Shown: positions 7,237 through 12,244 of the stretch, piece by piece
Layout of the letters: every line of letters starts with the position of its first letter
How positions within the stretch are numbered: the stretch's first letter is position 1
Source of the DNA: a virus
Strand: one strand, 5' to 3'
Length of the DNA: 36,690 nucleotides
Virus record (IMG/VR): IMGVR_UViG_3300045988_098479
The notes under the pieces: generated by a model
The model's input: the letters and a program-made list of their open reading frames with translations, nothing else
Database searches by the model: none
Told to the model about the DNA's origin: nothing
Made by a program: the position numbers and the translations under genes

Positions 7237-7444
7237 CCGCCTTCAGGCGCGCGGAGTCCACTGCCTGCTCGGCCGCGGCGTAGATGGCCGCGCTCGCGAC
7301 CCCGCACACCGTGCCGATAGCGGCGACGGTCTGGTTATCCGTGGCGATGCCGGCCACGCTGGCCGCGACGGAGCCCAAAAAAGCCGCCGCACACAGCCAG
7401 AACTTGCGGCTCGTCAGCTTCTTGACGATCTCGTCTCTGGTCAT
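7214..7444 (-). CDS. Putative holin (76 aa, two hydrophobic segments)
   Basis: LTSRKFWLCAAAFLGSVAASVAGI and AAIGTVCGVASAAIYAAA are followed by a charged C-terminus. The gene is immediately upstream of, and overlaps, the endolysin. Confidence 0.65.
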   Translation of the reverse strand: MTRDEIVKKLTSRKFWLCAAAFLGSVAASVAGIATDNQTVAAIGTVCGVASAAIYAAAEQAVDSARLKAGGDHDGD

Positions 7445-7456
7445 TGATTCCTCCTC

Positions 7457-7795
7457 CTAATCGAGTACGGGCATGTTCATCGCGTCCGTGTACAGGCGCG
7501 TGCCGGTACCGTTGCCGCCCAGCCCGTGATAGGCGGCGTAGACGCTCTCCAGGTGGCGGCGCTCCTCGACGGTCAGGCCGTCCTGTGCCATCGCCCTCTC
7601 ATGGATGCGCTGCAATTCGGCCCACAGCAGCGCGCGCATCCCGGCCTTCATGGCCTCTGACTCAACGCGCTCGCGTTCAGATTTCTCTGATACCTTCCGC
7701 CCCTGGGCCTTGACGGTGGCCACGACCGACGCGACGCACGTCGCCACGACGCACGAGACGATGTCGGTTATGACGATGGCCGCCAGTGATTCCAC
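7457..7795 (-). CDS. N-terminally membrane-anchored lysis-cassette protein (holin/antiholin-like accessory)
   Basis: GTG 7795 has GGAGGG upstream. A transmembrane segment LAAIVITDIVSCVVATCVASVVATV precedes a soluble domain containing YAAYHGLGGNGTGT. It is the first gene of the lysis block. Confidence 0.55.
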   Translation of the reverse strand: MESLAAIVITDIVSCVVATCVASVVATVKAQGRKVSEKSERERVESEAMKAGMRALLWAELQRIHERAMAQDGLTVEERRHLESVYAAYHGLGGNGTGTRLYTDAMNMPVLD

Positions 7796-7875
7796 GCTCG
7801 GCCCTCCTTTCCTCTCGCTTTCCGCGCCATCCTGCGGGCGGCGTGAGATTGAGCCTCGCCGCCGCTACACGCAAT

Positions 7876-7924
7876 AAATCCCAGACGTAACGCAGCGGGC
7901 TACCATGCGAAGCGTCTGGGATTT
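7876..7924. promoter_or_regulatory. 12-bp perfect inverted repeat AAATCCCAGACG / CGTCTGGGATTT bracketing the first ATG of the recombinase ORF
   Basis: Arms are at 7876-7887 and 7913-7924 with a 25-nt loop that contains ATG 7905. T-runs follow on both strands. Function unknown. Confidence 0.5.
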
Positions 7925-8813
7925 TCGAGAGATTGGACTGTTCAAAATGCTGTTTTCCGATGCCATCACCGAGTACATGGCCGACAAGGGCAAGCGTCTC
8001 CGCGCCACCACGCTGGAGGGCTACCGCAGCGCCATCCGCTGCCACCTGATGCCGCAGTGGGGTAAGCGCGAGATTGAGACGATCAGCTTTGAGGAGGTAC
8101 AAGATTGGGTCGATTCGTTCGCCCTACCAGGTGCCGCCGAGAAGGCGTACAAGACCTTCCGACAGATTTACCGCTGGGTGCTTCGCCGACATCAGCTGCG
8201 AATCTGGGACGTGACGCAAGGTGTGGAGCTGCCCCAAAAGCCGACCGCGCGCCGACCGACGCTCACTGCCGAGCAGGAGCGCGTGACGCTCAAGGCCATC
8301 GTCGGCCAGCCCTTCGAGGCCGCAGTCCTGCTCGGTGCCGCGCTGGGCCTGCGCCGCTGCGAGGCCTGCGCGGTGAGAATCGAGGATGTGGATTGGCGTA
8401 GCGGCTGGGTACATGTGCAGCGCGGCCTGCACGTGGTGGGCGGCGAGGTCATCGAGACCGGATGCAAGACCAAGCTGTCAGACCGCAAGCTGAAACTGCC
8501 GCGATTCGCGCTTGAGCGCTTGCGTGCCATCCGTGGGACGCGCAGGTCTGGTCGTCTGTGCCTGCTTGACCCAAACGCCGTCGCCCGCAAGTTCCGCGCG
8601 TTCTGCAAGCGGCTCGACCTGCCGCATGTGCCGATGACGTGCCTTCGCCACAGCTGGGCGACGATCTCGCTGGAGCACGGTGCAGCTATCGAGGACATAG
8701 CCGTGGCGCTCGGGCATTCGACCGTCAACACGGCGATGGCGCACTACCTGCAATCATTCCGCACGGTCGTGGCCAGGGCGAGCGATTCATACACGGCGGC
8801 GATGGAGATGTAG
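7905..8813 (+). CDS. Tyrosine recombinase (XerC/D- or Rci-like), candidate shufflon invertase
   Basis: An N-terminal SAM-like domain (ITEYMADKGKRLRATTLEGYRSAIRCHL) is present. Catalytic-type motifs are LGLRRCE (Arg), LRHSWAT (Arg), LGHS (His) and AMAHY (Tyr). The TAG stop 8811-8813 is part of repeat site 1. The alternative start ATG 7947 lies downstream of the inverted repeat. Confidence 0.85.
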   Translation: MRSVWDFREIGLFKMLFSDAITEYMADKGKRLRATTLEGYRSAIRCHLMPQWGKREIETISFEEVQDWVDSFALPGAAEKAYKTFRQIYRWVLRRHQLRIWDVTQGVELPQKPTARRPTLTAEQERVTLKAIVGQPFEAAVLLGAALGLRRCEACAVRIEDVDWRSGWVHVQRGLHVVGGEVIETGCKTKLSDRKLKLPRFALERLRAIRGTRRSGRLCLLDPNAVARKFRAFCKRLDLPHVPMTCLRHSWATISLEHGAAIEDIAVALGHSTVNTAMAHYLQSFRTVVARASDSYTAAMEM

Positions 8814-8828
8814 GGCATTCCGTATCAC
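8811..8828 (+). repeat. Shufflon site 1 (variant): TAGGGCATTCCGTATCAC
   Basis: The first 10 bp of the core, ATTCCGTATC, are conserved (8817-8826) and the last 2 bp are AC instead of CC. The TAG is the recombinase stop codon. Confidence 0.8.
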
Positions 8829-9118
8829 ACGCCTCGGGCAAGGTAGGGTCAGTATCCTATTTCAAAACAGCCGGCATTGTTATCGTGAGCTGCCTTTTCG
8901 TAAGGGTTACGATTAGTTCGTCGTGGGGAAGCGCGACAATCGGGAGGCTTCCGGAGGGGTTTCGGCCAGCCATCAGGGTCATAGCGCCAATCGCGAGCGA
9001 CTGGGCGAGCGGAAACATGTCCATCGACGCGAACGGAACGGTCACCATTAACGCCAATAACGACACGATCTCCACCGCCTCGTCCATCTCTTCCATCGCT
9101 GTATTTCCGGCGGCGTAG
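8819..9118 (+). CDS. Silent tail-fibre C-terminal cassette 1 (99 codons, no own start at the site)
   Basis: The frame TCC GTA TCA opens at the core of site 1 and runs to the TAG of site 2. The product begins SVSHASGKVGSVSYFKTAG... and ends ...SSIAVFPAA. Confidence 0.7.
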   Translation, partial: SVSHASGKVGSVSYFKTAGIVIVSCLFVRVTISSSWGSATIGRLPEGFRPAIRVIAPIASDWASGNMSIDANGTVTINANNDTISTASSISSIAVFPAA

Positions 9119-9131
9119 CATTCCGTATCCC
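9116..9131 (+). repeat. Shufflon site 2: TAGCATTCCGTATCCC
   Basis: Exact 16-mer. The TAG is the stop of cassette 1. Confidence 0.9.
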
Positions 9132-9400
9132 GTGCGCCGAGAGTTTTTGTCGGTAACAAGATCGTGAACTTTAACGATGCGAATTACACGATGCTTTGGG
9201 ACAAGGTGGGCTTTGAGCGGGAGTTCGGGCGAGGCTTCGACAATTCCCGCGATTCCGTGTACGCGATGAACGGTGATGCGAGCTACGACTTCATGGTTTC
9301 CGGCGTGAATTTCTACCCACGCGACGGGAACCTCGTCGTCGCAATCAGCGGCGCACACACTGGTCCATTCCGAGTGAATTACATCGTTGTGCTTGGCTAG
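9122..9400 (+). CDS. Silent tail-fibre C-terminal cassette 2 (92 codons)
   Basis: The frame opens at TCC GTA TCC of site 2 and ends at the TAG of site 3. The product begins SVSRAPRVFVGNKIVNFNDANYTMLW... The ORF-track GTG 9164 is internal. Confidence 0.75.
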   Translation, partial: SVSRAPRVFVGNKIVNFNDANYTMLWDKVGFEREFGRGFDNSRDSVYAMNGDASYDFMVSGVNFYPRDGNLVVAISGAHTGPFRVNYIVVLG

Positions 9401-9413
9401 CATTCCGTATCCC
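9398..9413 (+). repeat. Shufflon site 3: TAGCATTCCGTATCCC
   Basis: Exact 16-mer. The TAG is the stop of cassette 2. Confidence 0.9.
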
Positions 9414-9643
9414 ATCTCACCCATATCGAGGTCGTGTCAGGCCAAAGCGACGGCACCGTGACCGCGCCGACGGTCGCGGGCTACCGCTTCTTGTGCTGGG
9501 TGGCATGCGTGTCCGTCGGCTGGGTCGGTATCTGCTACATCGAGCATCCAACGAACACGACATCGAAAATCTGGTACGTCACGCAGCTGCAGAATAGCGG
9601 CGGCGGCAGGGTGGATTGCTTCGCGCTTTACGTGCATCAGTAG
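9404..9643 (+). CDS. Silent tail-fibre C-terminal cassette 3 (79 codons)
   Basis: The frame opens at site 3. The product begins SVSHLTHIEVVSGQSDGTVTAP... and ends ...CFALYVHQ with TAG 9641-9643. It converges on, and overlaps by 7 nt, the end of cassette 4. Confidence 0.75.
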   Translation, partial: SVSHLTHIEVVSGQSDGTVTAPTVAGYRFLCWVACVSVGWVGICYIEHPTNTTSKIWYVTQLQNSGGGRVDCFALYVHQ

Positions 9644-9981
9644 GGGCGCACTTCGAGCAGCCATGAGAATGGCGTGCTCTTGGCCCACCCAGCGTTCGGC
9701 TTGTTTTCCGTCTTGAAGTAGTACGTCTTACCAGCTTCCACGCCCGCGAATACGGCCTTGGCCGTAACCATGCGCTGGACGCCGTCGCTGCCGTTGAGGC
9801 CAGTCGATACCTCCGCCACGCTTTGCAGCCCGCTCGGTGTCACCACATGGAGGCCGATCTCGCCGCCCCATGCGCCGTACGTCTCATACGCCCACACCTG
9901 TGCGACGATTACGCCGCTCACCTTGGGAGTGAATGAGAATTCGGCGCTTGAAGATGCGAAATACTCGGTCTGGGATACGGA
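9637..9981 (-). CDS. Silent tail-fibre C-terminal cassette 4 (114 codons)
   Basis: The frame opens at site 4. The product begins SVSQTEYFASSSAEFSFTPKVSGVIVAQVW... and ends ...SWLLEVRPY with TGA 9637-9639. Confidence 0.75.
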   Translation of the reverse strand, partial: SVSQTEYFASSSAEFSFTPKVSGVIVAQVWAYETYGAWGGEIGLHVVTPSGLQSVAEVSTGLNGSDGVQRMVTAKAVFAGVEAGKTYYFKTENKPNAGWAKSTPFSWLLEVRPY

Positions 9982-9987
9982 ATGCTA
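9972..9987 (-). repeat. Shufflon site 4: TAGCATTCCGTATCCC (minus orientation)
   Basis: The plus strand reads GGGATACGGAATGCTA. The TAG is the stop of cassette 5. Confidence 0.9.
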
Positions 9988-10314
9988 GCCGATAGCCCAC
10001 GAGCAGGCGCCCCTGTTTAAGGCTCCGGGCGTCGCGTTGGCGACCTTGAAGCCGACCGTGCCGTCATTGCCGACAAAGCAATATGCGCAGACATTGAGAA
10101 CGTAGCCGTCGTTGTTCGTCGCGCACCCCGGTGTGTAGATGTTGCCAGCGGGCCGCAGCTCTTCAGGGATGCGTTTGTCCACCTGCCAATATTCAGCAGT
10201 CGGCTGGATGACGCTCCAACTGAGCATACAGATGCGCCCGATGCGCCGCACGTAGATGTAAGACGGCTTGTCCGGTCCTCCGTATAGCACAATCGGGTCG
10301 CCGTGGGATACGGA
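9985..10314 (-). CDS. Silent tail-fibre C-terminal cassette 5 (109 codons)
   Basis: The frame opens at site 5. The product begins SVSHGDPIVLYGGPDKPSYIYVRR, contains KRIPEELRPAGNIY and ends CSWAIG. The stop is the TAG of site 4. Confidence 0.75.
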   Translation of the reverse strand, partial: SVSHGDPIVLYGGPDKPSYIYVRRIGRICMLSWSVIQPTAEYWQVDKRIPEELRPAGNIYTPGCATNNDGYVLNVCAYCFVGNDGTVGFKVANATPGALNRGACSWAIG

Positions 10315-10318
10315 ATCA
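10305..10318 (-). repeat. Shufflon site 5 (variant): TGATTCCGTATCCC (minus orientation)
   Basis: The 12-bp core is exact. The 5-prime flank is TGA (stop of cassette 6) instead of TAGC. Confidence 0.85.
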
Positions 10319-10615
10319 CATGCCGATGGGGTAGCTCAGCGAGGCGAAGTGGTTCCGATGGTCCGTCTTGCCGCCCATGCTATGCACTATGATGGTGCCG
10401 TCTGACATGACGAGCAGGCGGTACGAGTTGTCCACGCCTCCGTACTCGGTGACCATCGCCGCAGACCAGGCATGGGAGGGCCGCAGCTCCTCGGGAATGA
10501 CGTACGGACACTTGATGCCCTCAGCAGGATCAGCGATGATCTGCGTGGCGCGGACGTAGACCGTCATGCCCACGCGCACGACGCTCCAGTTTTTCGCCTC
10601 GTACAGGGATACGGA
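10316..10615 (-). CDS. Silent tail-fibre C-terminal cassette 6 (99 codons)
   Basis: The frame opens at site 6. The product begins SVSLYEAKNWSVVRVGMTVYV, contains YVIPEELRPSHAW and ends LSYPIGM. The stop is the TGA in site 5. It shares the IPEELRP motif with cassette 5. Confidence 0.75.
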   Translation of the reverse strand, partial: SVSLYEAKNWSVVRVGMTVYVRATQIIADPAEGIKCPYVIPEELRPSHAWSAAMVTEYGGVDNSYRLLVMSDGTIIVHSMGGKTDHRNHFASLSYPIGM

Positions 10616-10621
10616 ATGCTA
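10606..10621 (-). repeat. Shufflon site 6: TAGCATTCCGTATCCC (minus orientation)
   Basis: Exact 16-mer. The TAG is the stop of cassette 7. Confidence 0.9.
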
Positions 10622-10921
10622 CTCGAAATCGATAGCGACGATTTGAATGTTGACTCGTGCATAAATTCCCCTCGTGCCGCCCTCGATGTCCACCCAGAAG
10701 TTCCCTGAACTCCAATAAGCAAGATTGATTACATCGAACGCATTAGCAGTAATATCACCGTTAAACACTTGGACGATGTCGAAGCCGTTGAAGTCGCGGC
10801 CCACCAGATTCTTGTACTCGTCTTTGGTGATCGCGAGAAGCCTTCCGGAGGCATCCCATTGTGTGCCGGGGCGGACGATGGACGTGAAGAACTGACGTAT
10901 GCGCGGCGCCCGGGATACGGA
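10619..10921 (-). CDS. Silent tail-fibre C-terminal cassette 7 (100 codons)
   Basis: The frame opens at site 7. The product begins SVSRAPRIRQFFTSIVRPGTQWD... and ends ...NIQIVAIDFE. The stop is the TAG of site 6. It shares the SVSRAPR start with cassette 2 and is visibly AT-richer. Confidence 0.75.
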   Translation of the reverse strand, partial: SVSRAPRIRQFFTSIVRPGTQWDASGRLLAITKDEYKNLVGRDFNGFDIVQVFNGDITANAFDVINLAYWSSGNFWVDIEGGTRGIYARVNIQIVAIDFE

Positions 10922-10927
10922 ATGCTA
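10912..10927 (-). repeat. Shufflon site 7: TAGCATTCCGTATCCC (minus orientation)
   Basis: Exact 16-mer. The TAG is the stop of cassette 8. Confidence 0.9.
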
Positions 10928-11179
10928 GAGCTGGAAGGCAAACCAGACAATGTCAGTCGTTACCGCCTTCTTTGGTTCAGTCTCGTTGTAAACCCGAATC
11001 TTAAAGCCTGTCGGCGTGAGGCTGTGCGAGCTTAGCGACACTTGCGTCCAATACATCGGGATTCCGCCTCTTGACAGCATAACGGCGTAGTCGCCAGCAT
11101 ACGGCTTGTCGAAAGTGACATCTTTATCGATGTATTCGGTGGCGATCGTCGCGGTCAGCTTGCCCCGTCGGGATACGGA
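10925..11179 (-). CDS. Silent tail-fibre C-terminal cassette 8 (84 codons)
   Basis: Translated codon by codon: it begins SVSRRGKLTATIATEYIDKDVTFDKPYAGDYAVML... and ends ...TTDIVWFAFQL. The stop is the TAG of site 7. It is absent from the ORF track because it has no start codon. Confidence 0.75.
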   Translation of the reverse strand, partial: SVSRRGKLTATIATEYIDKDVTFDKPYAGDYAVMLSRGGIPMYWTQVSLSSHSLTPTGFKIRVYNETEPKKAVTTDIVWFAFQL

Positions 11180-11185
11180 ATGCTA
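11170..11185 (-). repeat. Shufflon site 8: TAGCATTCCGTATCCC (minus orientation)
   Basis: Exact 16-mer. The TAG is the stop of the currently expressed tail-fibre gene. Confidence 0.9.
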
Positions 11186-11998
11186 CAGGGGAATAAAGCC
11201 CATGGCCGAGGGCCATCCGAAACCGCGCATCGGCTCTGAAGAGGACACATCGAACATCGCGTCACCGTTGGTCTGAACCCTTAGCGCCACCCCAAATTTG
11301 AGCTGCATGTTTGCGCAGATGCACACGATCCGCTCATTGGTAGGCAGATAATTTGAAGGCAGCGTGAGCACCTTGGCCGAATAGCCGGTCTGAGTCCCGG
11401 TGGTCATGTAGCCGCTGCCTTTCGTCTCAAAAACAAGTGAGTGTATGGCGGGAATGTAGGAGACATCCAGAGTTGCGTCGCAGCCGTAGATATTCGCTCT
11501 GCCGCTGGCGATCTTCATTCGGGATACGGAATCCCCGAGGGTCGCGAGCGAGGCCACGGGGTCGAAGAGCCTCACGGGCGTGCCGGCGTTGATTCCATTC
11601 AGCGGCACGCGCCACAGCTTCAAGTCGTTCGCCGTCACCTTTGGGTCTGCGGCGGTACCCGTTGTGGGCGTGCCTTTGATTACGACGGGCGTGATGGATT
11701 CGATGCCCGCACTCGTCTTTGCGTAGCGCGCGACCACCAGGTCGTTGCGCTTCTGGCCTTGCGTACCAGATTGGATGGTCAAGCCAGTAGCCGCCTGGTT
11801 CCAGAAGCGCTTGCCGCCGACCATGCCCACGCCGGTGCCGAGCGTCGCTGAGTTCGCGCTCTGCATCGTCAGCTCGAAGTCGTCGCCGTACTCCAGCACG
11901 CAGTCGGCCCTGCCGACCGTCGCGGTGTTGAGCGCGGCCAGGTCGTCCGAGCTGATGTGCTTCGTGCCGGTCATTCCGTCCACTATCTCGAATGCCAT
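11183..11998 (-). CDS. Tail fibre / receptor-binding protein (constant N-terminal 156 aa plus currently expressed cassette 9)
   Basis: ATG 11998 has AAGGAG upstream. It is the last structural gene after the Dit/Tal/Zn-ribbon genes. The shufflon core lies at codons 157-160 and the stop is the TAG of site 8. Confidence 0.8.
   Translation of the reverse strand: MAFEIVDGMTGTKHISSDDLAALNTATVGRADCVLEYGDDFELTMQSANSATLGTGVGMVGGKRFWNQAATGLTIQSGTQGQKRNDLVVARYAKTSAGIESITPVVIKGTPTTGTAADPKVTANDLKLWRVPLNGINAGTPVRLFDPVASLATLGDSVSRMKIASGRANIYGCDATLDVSYIPAIHSLVFETKGSGYMTTGTQTGYSAKVLTLPSNYLPTNERIVCICANMQLKFGVALRVQTNGDAMFDVSSSEPMRGFGWPSAMGFIPL
11521..11532 (-). repeat. Shufflon site 9 (expression site) inside the tail-fibre gene: ATTCCGTATCCC
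   Basis: Exact 12-bp core, encoding (D)SVS(R) at codons 156-160 of the fibre. Its 5-prime flank is the constant region rather than TAGC. Confidence 0.9.
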
Positions 11999-11999
11999 G

Positions 12000-12233
12000 C
12001 TACTGCTCCTTCGCGTTGCTCATGAACTGTTGGAACTCGCCGTCGTGCTTGGCGGCGAGCTTCTTGTACTCGTCCGTGCACCCCTTGCACAGCAGGCGGG
12101 TCGCCCTGCTGCCGTACTGATCGAAGCGCTCGACCTCGCGCCAGTCCCCCGCCGCCGCAGCGCCTTGCTGCAGGTACGCGCTCTCGCCGCAGCGGTCGCA
12201 TGTGTACTTCGTGATGTTGTCTGTCTTGGACAT
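12000..12233 (-). CDS. Small CxxC...CxxC zinc-ribbon-like protein (77 aa)
   Basis: ATG 12233 has GAGGAGA upstream. The product contains YTCDRCGESAY...LLCKGCTDEY. It lies between Tal and the fibre. The remainder of ORF 12000..12572 is overprinted on Tal and is rejected. Confidence 0.6.
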   Translation of the reverse strand: MSKTDNITKYTCDRCGESAYLQQGAAAAGDWREVERFDQYGSRATRLLCKGCTDEYKKLAAKHDGEFQQFMSNAKEQ

Positions 12234-12244
12234 GCCTGTCTCCT

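Noticed and set aside
7905-8813. A Gin/Cin/Min-type serine invertase as the driver of fibre switching
   Set aside because: The adjacent enzyme has tyrosine-recombinase motifs (R...LRH..AT...GHS...Y) and a SAM-like N-terminal domain. No resolvase/invertase-type N-terminal Ser domain or Hin-like HTH is encoded anywhere in the genome.
9164-10804. ORF-track entries 9164..9400, 9434..9643, 9637..9921, 9985..10290, 10316..10579 and 10619..10804 read as independent small genes starting at GTG
   Set aside because: In every case the frame is already open upstream, back to the shared 12-bp core, in the same phase as in the expressed fibre gene. Cassette 8, which has no start codon at all, has the same structure. 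They are better explained as start-less C-terminal cassettes.
8811-11532. A regularly spaced short repeat array that could be mistaken for a CRISPR array
   Set aside because: The repeats are only 12-16 bp. They occur in both orientations and are spaced 250-350 bp apart. They lie at in-frame junctions of coding cassettes. No cas genes or leader are present.
8811-12000. A diversity-generating retroelement acting on the tail fibre
   Set aside because: There is no reverse transcriptase gene, and no template/variable repeat pair with adenine-specific differences. Variation here is cassette-based.
11985-12002. TAGCATGGCATTCG at the fibre start codon as a possible tenth recombination site
   Set aside because: Only TAGCAT and a partial GCATTC match, and the CCGTATCCC part is missing. 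The sequence is explained by the upstream stop codon plus ATG GCA TTC.
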